This document shows, piece by piece, positions 9,163 through 20,002 of a stretch of DNA of 33,259 bases. The stretch's first letter is position 1; the number at the start of each line of letters is the position of its first letter. A program made the position numbers and the translations under genes. The stretch is taken from positions 1-33,259 of the forward strand of contig RBNJ01000319.1 in assembly GCA_003990765.1 (NCBI GenBank), read 5' to 3'. Under the pieces are notes generated by a model, which was not told where the DNA came from, searched no databases, and worked only from the letters and a program-made list of their open reading frames with translations. This stretch comes from Jimgerdemannia flammicorona. Its lineage: Eukaryota.

Positions 9163-10389
9163 TGCGGTTGGGGTTGGAAGAGTAGGAGGTCGGAATATTC
9201 CGCTAGGGTTGGGGATGAGTTTTCTGTAACCAGATTCAATAGGTTTGTGGGCAAAAACAGAACTGCGGTTTGACCTTTGACCGATCTCCGCAGTTGAGCT
9301 GACGCGGAGAACATGGATAGTCACATATAATTACTCAACGGGATCCGTGTCAACCTTTAAAGTCCCGACGTCCATATTTGTCTCCGAAACTCCCGCTTTG
9401 TGTGCATGACCCGCCAGCCCACATGGCATATCTGTGGCAAATTCGCTTTTATTGCCAAATTTATTTATATGCAAACAATAATCTCTTTTTGAGCGTTGAG
9501 GGATGAAGTACATAGAGCGCCGCCTTAAAGTTTCAGAGTGAGTCGGAGAGAGTAAATTGGAGGTCAGCCTGAACGCATTGATGTTGCTAAATATACTAGA
9601 TTCCATGCCACAGATGAGTCATTTTCCGTATTTTGATGTATTGTACTATAATTATATCTAATATTTATGTATAGTTTGTATTGTATGTGGCTTGAGTGGC
9701 TTGTGTAGCTTTGTGTGATGTTCAAATTCCGACCTGTCAAACCGGATTCGCGCTTCTTTACTGGAATGCACCGGAACTCCGATATCTCAAAACTGCCCTT
9801 TATTATCTTCGCAATCTATCCAATTTATACAGTCTTTTTTCGGACAAGGGTGCTCGAGGGGCCTCGAGAGTATATAGTTTAGCGTACATCACACCATCGC
9901 CAATCGTCACGCTTATGAGGCTTGCACGGTTTAATTATCAAAATATAATGATTTTTTCTGGGCTGGAATATGTGTAAGGCCATGACTATGGATGCGTGTC
10001 AGACTCCTTGGCTTGATGTACAATTTGCTCATGGTTGAATTACAATACCATAGACAATATTGTAAGTACAAATAGAAGAAATGCAAAAGTTTGATCAGCG
10101 GGATGATCTATATATATACAGTTAATTTAGTGTTTGAAATATATGAAATATATATAATATTATTATCCAATAAATGTGGCATATAGAAGACGGATCAGAC
10201 TATCTCTAGTGATATATATAAATATGTTTGTGTAATAAGAATTACATCGCGAACGAGTTTGACGACATAGTGCATGACGAGCGATCACATGACCCGGCGA
10301 TGACGTCACGAAAGAGCGACATATGAGGCGAACGAGACGAACGAGTCACGAAAAACGATGTGCCGAACTCCCTGAACATTTGGAATAAC

Positions 10390-11270
10390 AGTAACACAAG
10401 TATTACTTAGCCACATTACCTAACCAATGGGTCATTTGTTTTGAAAGCAAACAGTTTGTCCTGAGTACAAACAGTCAGTTTGTTCTGAGTACAAACAGCA
10501 TGTTTGTTTGCAGAGCAAACAGAGCAGCCATACACCAAATTAATCACACATACTTAGCCAAAACCCATGAACCATTACTTAGCCAACATGTATAAATACC
10601 CCAGCAATTGTATTCAAAATAAATCAGCTCTTGGTTTAGTATAAAATACAAGAAGTTTTCTCTATATATATTCCTCTGAATTCTTAGTAATAATATCTAA
10701 GTTATTTCAGTATTTCTGACTAAACTCCAGAAGCCTAGCTAACTTCTGCCACACAGAGAACCAGTATATAAATCTAAAAATAAAACCTCTTTGAACCAGA
10801 ATCACAAGAGATTTAGTCTATATACAGAAAGAATTAAGTCTCTCAAGTAACTGTAGTTATTAAAGAAAGATAACTCATTATTTTCACTACTTTCTCAACT
10901 TAGTATAACTAAGAGAAAGAATAATTAAAAGATCTCTTGATACTATATATATCAAGTCTCTAAATAATATCTTATTATTTAAGTTATCTAAGGATAAGCT
11001 TGAGATAGTAATAAGTACTATTACAGTTTATCTATAGTTTTAACAAAAACTAGCAGAGTAGTTGAAGCTAAATAAACAATTGAAAAATATATACTATGTA
11101 GGCTTGTTGGTCAAATAACTCACAATTATCTAAGATATTTATCAAGATCTCTGTCAAAATCTCCTTTATTAATATTTCTTTATCAATATATATAAGATAG
11201 TATACTCTATAGTTTTCTGAAGTAAATATATTTTTGGCTCAAAAATCTGCAAAATACTCTGGGCAGATGT
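10390..11270 (+). mobile_element. LTR-like segment (10390-10650) plus decayed AT-rich element body between the two TRIM-like genes
   Basis: CpG is lost abruptly. Starts (A)GTAAC; internal direct repeats (TACTTAGCCA x3, TTTGT(C/T)CTGAGTACAAACAG x2); TATAAATA at 10591, AATAAA at 10618; ends ..ATACA at 10650. No TSD found. Confidence 0.5.
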
Positions 11271-11409
11271 GTGAATAGAATTAATTATTATTAGTATAAT
11301 TAATTCAGATATGGTTGCAAAATCAAATAATAATTTCAGATATGGTAATTAACTCCCCAAATCAAATCAAATCGCTATACATCCAATACATTTCAATTAT
11401 ATCAGCGCC

Positions 11410-11655
11410 TTAGCTGACATTATCAAACCAAGATTTGGTTATCCACTTCGATTTATGTAATAGACACGTGATTGCGAGTGAGTCTTCGGAAACATACCAT
11501 GTTAACCAGAAGCAGTAACCATTTGTGAACCTGAGCAATAGGCGCTTAGTCTTTTCCAAATTTGGTCGTCTTGTTCTTTACCCAAAGCCCCTTGTTGCCA
11601 TTGACGCGAAGCCAGAAGACATAAGAATAGCCCTTGTGGTACTGACAGCAATACA
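11410..11655 (-). pseudogene. Disrupted downstream exon of TRIM-like gene copy 2
   Basis: Acceptor TTATAG|TG at 11656/11655. Reads HKGYSYVFWLRVNGNKG..., stops at 11546, then in a shifted frame continues KTKRLLLRFTNGYCFWLTW, homologous to copy 1. Confidence 0.7.
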
Positions 11656-11835
11656 CTATAAATAACTTTTTTTTTTTTTTAATAAGAAATTATAATATAT
11701 AATGTACATTTTTTTTATATATAATTTGATGCTATTTACTTATAAAACAATTGCTTGCTTGGTCTATAATTTAAGACATTTCACCACGATTTCGCCATAG
11801 ATTTTTATGAGGTCGGATCTGGGACCCTTCTGCCA

Positions 11836-12897
11836 TTAACAGTTCGTGTACCAGCTCATCTTCGTCACCTTAAAGAGGTCCAGCGATCTCAAGGTCACGA
11901 GGAGAGACGACATAGTTGGACATGTGACGAGGATTTCGGAGGGCCTTTTGAAGACATTGAGGTTCTTTGCTGCGATGAGCGACTTGGAGGCGGCATCAAG
12001 GTCGTGGGAAAAAGAGGATTGAAGCTGTATGGCGGATCTGAGGAACGGGATGAGCTTGTCCTGAGCGACCTGAGCGGCCTGACGGCGTTGTGCGTTGAGC
12101 ATAACGGAGGTGTCTTCGGCGGTTTTGGAGATGGTGGCGATGGCCTTGGTAAGGGAAGCGGCGCTCTTGCCGATCTGAACGTTGTCGTCGCCCATTCCGT
12201 CGACGAGGGACATGAGGCGGGTTTGTTGGTCGGAAAGGGCGGAACTGAGGGCGTGGAACATTGAGTCAATCTGACGTTTTGTTTCCCTTTTTTTCTCCTC
12301 GCTGGCTTCGAGTATGCTGCGGAACTGCCCCTCTAGATATTCCATCTGTACTACCAAGGACCCGGACTGGATGATGGAGTTTTCGAGTTTCGACCTAACT
12401 GCGTCCTCGGCAATGGAAAGGGTTAGAATTTCGGGGGACAGGGAGAGGCTGGGGATCGTTACTGCGGTCGAGGGTGTGGCGGATGGGTCGCCTAGTGCGG
12501 CCGGATAGGTCTTTTTCTTGTTCTTGAGACAATGTTCGCAGAAAAGTTTGCCGTCGGTAATGTCAATAAAGCCGACATAGTCGTCGTGGATCTCGCAGCG
12601 TTCGGCCTGGTCCATGGACTCGATGATGCTGCAAAGAGTGAAGTTTCGGGGGAGATCCTTGACGCTGTCGAGGTCGGTGCAGATCTTCTGGTGGCAGTTA
12701 TTCGGACACCGGAGGGTTGACGAGCGGTTGCTGCGTTGCACGGTGGCCAGGCTTTCGATGCATTCTCGGCAGAAATTGTGGCCGCAGGGGAGGGTACGTG
12801 GGTCGGTCATGGTACACAGGCAAATTTGGCACTGTAGGGACTTGGCGATATCCTTGAACACGACATTCTGGGGTTTCGGGAAGGCGGATGGTTCCAT
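11836..12897 (-). CDS. TRIM-like protein copy 2: C3HC4 RING, degenerate B-box, coiled coil (C-terminus truncated)
   Basis: 353-aa ORF colinear with copy 1, with the same RING, LPRNFTL and CEIH..FCEHC motifs. Confidence 0.8.
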   Translation of the reverse strand: MEPSAFPKPQNVVFKDIAKSLQCQICLCTMTDPRTLPCGHNFCRECIESLATVQRSNRSSTLRCPNNCHQKICTDLDSVKDLPRNFTLCSIIESMDQAERCEIHDDYVGFIDITDGKLFCEHCLKNKKKTYPAALGDPSATPSTAVTIPSLSLSPEILTLSIAEDAVRSKLENSIIQSGSLVVQMEYLEGQFRSILEASEEKKRETKRQIDSMFHALSSALSDQQTRLMSLVDGMGDDNVQIGKSAASLTKAIATISKTAEDTSVMLNAQRRQAAQVAQDKLIPFLRSAIQLQSSFSHDLDAASKSLIAAKNLNVFKRPSEILVTCPTMSSLLVTLRSLDLFKVTKMSWYTNC

Positions 12898-13295
12898 TGT
12901 GGTTGAAGAGTTGGAGGTCAGATGTTCCGCTAAGGATCGGAATGATTCTGTATTTGTGGCAAAAACAACTCATCGGTTGAGAAATTTACCGTTGGAATTG
13001 CTGCGGCACACTTCGGTCAAATCATTCTAAAGGGAATTCCGTAATTTAATCCTCACTGCGGCGCCCTTAGCCAAATCATTAGAGAGCATTCCATGTCACC
13101 AAACACTGTATTAATAGAGAGATGACCCACATTTCTTCGTGTCTCGAGTTTCGCGGCTCCGACCCGTTTGTGGAAGCACTCTGACCGCCCCAGAGCGATG
13201 TTTTCCGCGTGATAAGTTTTTGGTGATAATTCGACTGCCGGGCATGTGTACCGGTGGTGTCAAAGATCTGAAAACACAAAGCATGGGCGAAGGCA

Positions 13296-13367
13296 ATCTG
13301 CTGATCGGAATCCGATCGACGGACAACATCTGTTGGTCGGTAAACAACATCTGCTGGTCGGAATCCG
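13296..13367. repeat. Short imperfect tandem motif (ACAAC)ATCTG(C/T)TG(G/A)TCGG x3, ~400 bp upstream of TRIM-like copy 2
   Basis: Copies at 13296-13314, 13323-13340 and 13344-13367. Confidence 0.75.
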
Positions 13368-13778
13368 GCCAACAGAACAACTAACCGAAAGGTTAATTCA
13401 ACGCGGGAATATGCAATCGCAAGTTGTTTGGACACGTGTCTGCTGGTAAACAATCCCGCTTCCCGTCAAATGAGTGGCGCACCGAGGGGGCTGAGCGTGG
13501 CAATTTCCAGATGGCTCGTGGTCCGTGTGCAAAATCTCCGACGCTCCGTTTGGATCTCGTGTTTGCAAAACACCCTCATTTGGATTCTGTAAAACGGTGT
13601 GCGGGCTTCGCTTTTTCGTTTTGAATGGACGGTGGAGTCGGGGTTGCACTTTTGTGAATTTCTTCCGTGTGTTATGTTGCGGTACTCGGACTGGTTAACA
13701 AACACAATAGCCGTTCATATTTAAAATCAATTAAAATTACGTCAGAAGACATTTCAAAGTAAAATAACGTGGAAATTC

Positions 13779-13836
13779 AAGGATTCACTTGTTTTATTTT
13801 TATTTTTCTTTTTTCTTTTTAAGGATTCACTTGTTT
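13779..13836 (-). repeat. T-rich (poly(A) on minus strand) insertion flanked by a 16-bp direct duplication
   Basis: AAGGATTCACTTGTTT at 13779-13794 and 13821-13836 around a 26-bp T-rich tract. Confidence 0.8.
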
Positions 13837-14002
13837 GATACGAAATGTGCGAAATAAAAGGAGGCGATGATTGGTGTTATTATTCTATAATCAAGTAAGC
13901 TCAATCCGGACATAATTAAATAAATTTTCCGCGCATAAATAATAGAAACAAGAAACACTTCTATTTAAGTATCTCCGTTGTACAATAAGTTAATTGGGGC
14001 AC

Positions 14003-16306
14003 CTAATTGGTGAGAGAATTAATTTTATGAATTGTTAGTGACAATAACCCGTTTCCCATCGTCGTGTAGAGAAAGAAACAACCCGGTGATGTAGCCTTTG
14101 CTGTAAAGGTTAGCAGGGGTGATATTCTGCCGCCCAAGAAGAGAGCACCAACACCAACAGCCATGGAAGTGCCGTCGAGGACTTTGGTAGCGTCGTTGGA
14201 GTCAGTCCATGCAGATCTGGAGGGGTTTAATACCATTTCCGCATGACCATTGCAAAGTGTCCTTCGCGTGGGTTGGAAAGGGAAAAACGTAGGGTGAGTT
14301 ATGCTAAATCGGCGTTCTAATGTAAGCTGGGTTGATGGTTTTGGTGAATATGGAAGCAGGCGCTTCCCAGGCCCGCCATTCGCGTAAAGCGAAGGGGCCC
14401 TTTCTTTTATTGTTCCTAACCCTGAGGGAAGGGCGGGAGGGGTTGCGCAAACCGATTACAGGAACTAACTAGGTTGCTGACGTAGTCTACGTGCTTGATT
14501 GTTAAGATGCGACGCGAACTCAGTCGCTGGGAGTGGAGAACTACGTATAATACGTGCTGAAACATTATAAACTGCTTGCCGCTTAGAGCTGGCGTCTTTC
14601 TGAACCTAACGCAGGGGAACTTACACCAAGCTAAGATTTCATAAAAGAGATAGTGCGGCGGATTGAAAGAGAACTAAGCTCAGACTGACTATGTTCCAAA
14701 ACTGCATGATTGCATGACGGAGGTTTGAATAGCGACTCAGGCCACTTTTCCGAAGTTTGAACTTTGTTCATAACTCTAACATGAACCACGATCTGCAAAA
14801 TTGAGTGATATAAGGTTAGGTCATACTGGAGGGACTGACTTGACAGACTGCTTTATGGAACATGGCACTTACTGGAGCTCGAAGCTATGGCATCGGTTGA
14901 GCTGGTGGAACCGACAGTGAAGATACTAGGAGCGCGAGCAGGGGAGCTATTAAAAAATATCATTTAAATGTTAGTTACAAATGACCGACAATGCTGCACA
15001 CTTTTAAGATATGCAGGCATTTGGTTTTCGTTACCGGCGGCAACAAAGACAGTCTATTATTCAAATTTATTCGTTAGTTGCGCGATCCACCGTGATCTGC
15101 CATACGACAAGCGCCGAATATTTACAACTGCAGCTGCAACAGCAGAATCCAAAGCCGCTGAAGCTCCTCCTCCAAGCAACATATTGATAACTGTGAGAAG
15201 GGAAAATTATTGTCAGCAAATGATGCCGAGATGGGTGCTCAATCAAGCAATACGACCAATCCATACCCGACTTTCCCTTGACGGTATTGTTGGTAACCCA
15301 TTTAACACCAGAGATAACGCCGCTGGTAGTACCAGAGCCCTTGCAGTCCAACACCTTGACGTATACAATGTTGGCCTTTTTGGCGACACCGTACTTAGTT
15401 CCGGCAAAGATGCCCTAATTAGTACGGTTACAGAAAGAAGGTGTAAGGGTGTATACCAAAGAGAATGTAAAGTCAAAGCTATGAATGTGGGAACACATCT
15501 TTCTGAGACGTGGTTCCGTGACCATTGCAGTCAGTGTTTTGGCTTAGCAAACTTAACGCCAAAGCTAGCACGGCCGCCGAAATCATTGTGTGACAAAAAC
15601 ACCAGTGTCAATGATGTATATATATAATTATCTGAAAGAAAATGGTATCTCAAAATGAATTTCGACGTCTGAGTTGTCAATTACCATAATTTGTCAAACC
15701 CCCCCCCCCGGTAATGCCGGAACCAGCTGTATCTGGGTAAGTGTAGGTTTTCAACTGGCGAACATACGAAGAGATAAATACGTGCAAGACCCCAACTAGG
15801 AACAGGTGTTTGGCCAGCAGTAATTTTGTACTGAAATAACTACAATCGACAGATAGCAATAAAAACAACAAAATTCTCAAATTCCAGCGTAAGCGTTTTT
15901 GCTCGGGCTCAACAAAATTTAACATCATCCAAGCTCTGGATCTCTCTGATGGACTTTTGATCGAATCTACCAGCGAATCCCTTGAAGCCAGACCAGGACT
16001 TCAAGAGCTTGTTTCCGCCGCGATCAGCGTGTTTATTAATCAAATCGTGAACCTGAGTATAGTTGGCACCGCGTCTCAATTTGATAAGCCATTCTCCTGG
16101 GACATAGGTTGGGCATTGTTCGCAAAGATAAGTTCATTTCCACGTCATCACATTGCATCGCCGACAGAGTTATTCTACAACTAGAGTTTCCAAAAAAATC
16201 ACTTGCGACTCAATGTGAATTTTGTTGACTGTGACGAATCCCTCGACGGGAGCAGCATTGGCAGCAGCGAAGAGGGCGGCAACAGCACGATACTGAGAAA
16301 CGTCAT
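14003..16306 (-). pseudogene. Secreted subtilisin (S8A, proteinase K-like) with I9 propeptide; multi-intron frameshifted pseudogene
   Basis: Signal peptide ..AVAALFAAANAAP; I9-like GEWLIKL..FKGFAGRFD..SLDDV..FVEPEQ; catalytic YIIDTG (~15608), DCNGHGT (~15519) and GTSMA (~14166); also [28 protein letters not shown]. There are frameshifts in the signal peptide and after DTG, and TPH is missing after GTSMA. Confidence 0.9.
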
Positions 16307-16842
16307 GATTGTTTGGGAGGGAGTTGAACGAAGAGACGGTGGAATGGGTTGGTTTGGAGAGGGCTTGAAGAACTGCTTTCGTTCAGCTTAGGTGAGGAAA
16401 CCCTTTTATATGTAAGGGGTTGGCCGAACGGCGGAGCGCGAACTGTTGTATGACTTTTATAGCCATGATACAACGGAACACGAAGGTCCGGCCAAATGAA
16501 TTGATTCTTTGCAAAGAATCGGGTTATGTGTCACGGGGATATGAACATGGTCCAGGTCGCTTGATATGGTTTCGTAAACATAATTAATTATACAGGATGC
16601 GTGAATTGAAAATAATTTCCATCATAAATGCTGTGGTTACAACAGCAAAGTGTTAAGGGGTTCCCGTATCCTTCCGTTCATTTGAATGTACTGTTAATAC
16701 CCAATAAAGGCACATTCGGCCAACATGACTGAAATAATAACGTTACCCTTCTCTTGTGTAAGGAGGGCAAGTTCTAATTATTCCAAACAGTGACCATGAG
16801 ACAGCAGCGGTCGGATACCAATGAAGGTATTTGACAAGGTGT

Positions 16843-16889
16843 AGCAAGGATAGCAAGTCCGTTAAAAAAAAAAAAGCAAGGATAGCAAG
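16843..16889 (+). repeat. Short poly(A) insertion flanked by a 15-bp direct duplication
   Basis: AGCAAGGATAGCAAG at 16843-16857 and 16875-16889 around TCCGTT plus an A-tract. Confidence 0.8.
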
Positions 16890-17576
16890 CCATGAGCCAC
16901 GTTTGTGGCTTCAGAATGTGGCTTATCCCCCAACACACCGTGTCTCATGTCCCTTCTGACCTACTGTCCTGCCAGGACGAGAGCCCCCACACAATCCCTA
17001 CCAATGCCACTGACCCCACGCATTCAGCATACGGCTCCCACCATACCATTCTTGTCCTCATCCTTTCTCCTACACAACACGGCTCAACCCACCGCCTTTC
17101 CCATCTGCGTGAGTTTCGACCAGGTTGGTTGTCTTTCTGTTAGCACCGTGGAAGCTGTGAGATTACGAGGGTGGATGGTGTCGCACGTTTGTGAAAAGGA
17201 GATGGGTAGAGAGAGGTGCAGGCTACCGAGGGGTTAGAGAGGTGAAGGTGGTCGTATTTTATACACATATGTTGGGACTAACAGATGCGCACTTATCGAT
17301 TCATCAATCCTGCTCCTCCACTTTCACTTCCGTCCCCGTCGCCTCGGGTCTCATCCTTCTCAACGACGTCGCCTACGGTCCCGCGCAGCTGGTCGCACCT
17401 CTCCAGATCGAGGAAGCGCCGGCCGACGGAGGGCGTTGACGTTAGCACCTGTGTCATACAGTCACCTCATGGTCCTCGTAGCTACCCTCCACAAAACATG
17501 ATTGTTGATACTATCCACGAACATCTATCACGCTCGCTGCGGTCTATTCGGAAGGTGAGTTGGATTTGTAGGTGTA

Positions 17577-17691
17577 TGAGCGGGTTGGGAGAAGTCGAGC
17601 GAGTTAATGTGGGTTACCAGAGAGCAAACAGTGGGTACATGAACGGGCTGTGAGGAGTCGAGTGAGTTCATGTGGGTAACAGTGGACAACA
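17577..17691. repeat. Imperfect 63-bp-period duplication inside a degenerate GC-rich coding-like remnant
   Basis: TGAGCGGGTTGGGAGAAGTCGAGCGAGTTAATGTGGG (17577) versus TGAACGGGCTGTGAGGAGTCGAGTGAGTTCATGTGGG (17640). Confidence 0.65.
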
Positions 17692-17891
17692 TCAACGACA
17701 TCATCAAGGACGTTCGCTGGACGGGTGCGAGGTTGTACTGCACGTGGCGGATGTGGTTCGGGTGGACGATGAGGCGAGTGCAGATGCTGTGACCAGTATA
17801 GATGGAGATCAGGGTCCAACGCAGTGTATGGTGGATCGGTTCTTGGTGTGTTTTGGTCGCGGAAGGATTTAGGATTGATCATCGTGATTTC

Positions 17892-17924
<33 letters not shown>

Positions 17925-18062
17925 AACGACACACGCGAATTTGAAATACGATTTGCGAGTGCTTTCTCGTTATATATATATAATAATTTGAACAGTTGAA
18001 ATTTACACTCGGGTCAAAGTGGAGGTGTTGGTAAAGACGAAAACCGGGACAAATCAGCCGAG

Positions 18063-18460
18063 ATGGTACACCTGGTGTCTGAACATAATAAACTCCGTAA
18101 TGCAATGTTCCACAGTGACACAAATGTGCCCGAAAATCAACGATCCCCCTTTCGTTTTGGCCGGGTCAATGGCGGCGCGCGAATGCACGCAAATAGCACG
18201 CTTAGTATGCGACGTGCGACGCTGAAATATTTTTCCCGTGTTTAATAGCAAACATGAGTGATTCAAAGAACGGCGGATTGAGAGCCAGGTTTTTCCGGAC
18301 ACAATTATGATACAGTTGGACGAAATGGTAAGAATCGATAACACGTTGGCGGAGACTAGTCTTCCGTCGTCGGTCACGTATATACACACAGAGCGCGGAG
18401 TTTGGAAAGCGGACGTCTACTGTCTTGGGACGCTCGCGTGGCAGGCGTCCCACAAAAGAA
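18063..18460 (+). pseudogene. Degenerate protein-kinase fragment convergent with the intact kinase
   Basis: KADVYCLGTLAWQ resembles subdomain IX ASDIHCLGTLLWQ of the neighbouring kinase. There is a weak MFHSD..PEN catalytic-loop-like segment upstream. No continuous ORF. Confidence 0.4.
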
Positions 18461-18756
18461 ATAAGTATGACGAACGCCGCAATTTTTGTAAAAGTAGACC
18501 CCGCAAGATTACGCGCAGTTAGTAAATATATGAAGTAAAATAAATACCAAATACATTTTATTGACGACAAAGTGGAATAAACATCCAAACTGTCGGGAGT
18601 GAATATTATAACCTTAATTTCACCAATAACGAGGAACAGTGACATAAAAACGAAGGGGCGAAAAGTCGAACAACGTTCGCTCCTAGATACGAAATCGTGA
18701 GTTACAAATGGAACAACGGAATCGATATATCCCATGAGCCATGACAGCACATGGGC

Positions 18757-19965
18757 TCAATGAAGACGACGCGGACCGCACCGGCTGAGTTCCTCTGGTG
18801 TCATAAACCGAGACGAGTTTCGATCGGTGAAGAAGGCAAAGCTGTCGGGGTCAGATAATTCCTGCCTATGCATGGCATGTCGTTCTGCAATAAATTCCAG
18901 CGTCATGGGACTGAACGGCACCGGTTGGGCAGTGGGCTCAATGCCGTTGGGAAGCATGTTGGAAAGGAGCTGGACAATCTCTTGCCCCGAGGGTCTTTTG
19001 GACGGTTCCGTGTTCCAACACCGCATCAGAAGGAGGTTGAAGCCTTTGGGGGCGCACGGGATGAGATCCTCACGCAACCCGTCCAGGCGGTTATCACACA
19101 TCCATTTGGCGGTGCTGCGAGGTGGAACGCCTACCACGAGCTGCCAGAGTAACGTGCCGAGGCAATGGATGTCAGAGGCTTCGGTGTACGGTTGGCCATA
19201 GAAGGTCTCCGGGGGTAGGTATGCTGGCCGACCGTAGATGCGGTGGGTGCCTTCGGGATCTGCGACATTGGCGAGCCCAAAGTCGATGATTTTTAAATCC
19301 ATGGGCTCGTCCGGCACGATGACGAGATTGCCCGGATGGAGATCGTGATGGACTATCCCACGGTTGTGCATAGCCCAAAGGCGGCATGCGAGATAATACG
19401 CACGTTTCAGAACGTCGATCCAATCCGACAATTGAGGTTGTTGCTCCAGATTCCCTCCAGCGGCATACTGAAACACCATTAAATAGCGCCCGCTTTTATC
19501 ATCTTGCGAAATACCGTACACGTCGAGGGGTGCGAACCCCGATTCGAAGTTGGACAAATGGACGCTAATAAGTAGCTAAAAATTGTGATACGATTCGTAA
19601 GTAATTGGATGAATATGACTCTCTACCAATGGATCCACCAAACTCACCTCCTGCAAATGTTGCTCGTCCAACGTTTTCAATGCTACGCGAGATCTATCTA
19701 GGAAGGCCCCGGGTTTATCTGCACAGACGGTGGCTGAATAAACGGTCGCAAATCCTCCTCTCCCCACCTGTTGGATGTCGTGAAAGCACTCAAACGGAAA
19801 CCATGCGAGACGTGGCGAAAGCTCCCGTAGATTGAGGCGAGCGAGGTGTTCTCCGAGGATTGGCTGGTATTTGGAAAATGATTGCTTCGCAAGAGTGACT
19901 TTGCCTTTGACCGAATAATTCCGGTTCAAGAGTGATTTCGCTCGTTGAAGGTTCAAGTTTTCCAT
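18757..19965 (-). CDS. Tyrosine-kinase-like protein kinase (HxDLHxGN family), 2 exons (19965-19648, 19575-18757), 378 aa
   Basis: GRGGFATVY, VALK, QE, HHDLHPGN, DFG, YLPPE, DIHCLG, CW..RPS are all present. A 72-nt phase-0 intron GTGAGT..TTTTAG (19647-19576) joins ORFs 19576..19965 and 18757..19557 in frame. Confidence 0.92.
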
Positions 19966-20002
19966 GGTTTACGGCGAACGATTAAATATTTGTGGCGTAT
20001 CC

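Noticed and set aside
9163..9324. 54-aa N-terminal extension of TRIM-like copy 1
   Set aside because: It starts at GTG, and the paralog ORF begins at the MEP ATG without an equivalent extension.
8360..13030. Plus-strand ORFs overlapping the RING genes (e.g. 8360..8956, 12614..13030)
   Set aside because: These are antisense shadows of GC-rich coding sequence.
14968..15627. 219-aa plus-strand ORF
   Set aside because: It is antisense to the subtilisin exons and has no recognisable motifs.
17290..17870. Possible F-box/LRR remnant (FLDLERCDQLRG on the minus strand)
   Set aside because: A single short motif with many stops; too weak to call.
18202..18750. 182-aa hydrophobic minus-strand ORF after the kinase
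   Set aside because: Non-ATG start, runs through AT-rich 3' UTR-like DNA, and has no motifs.
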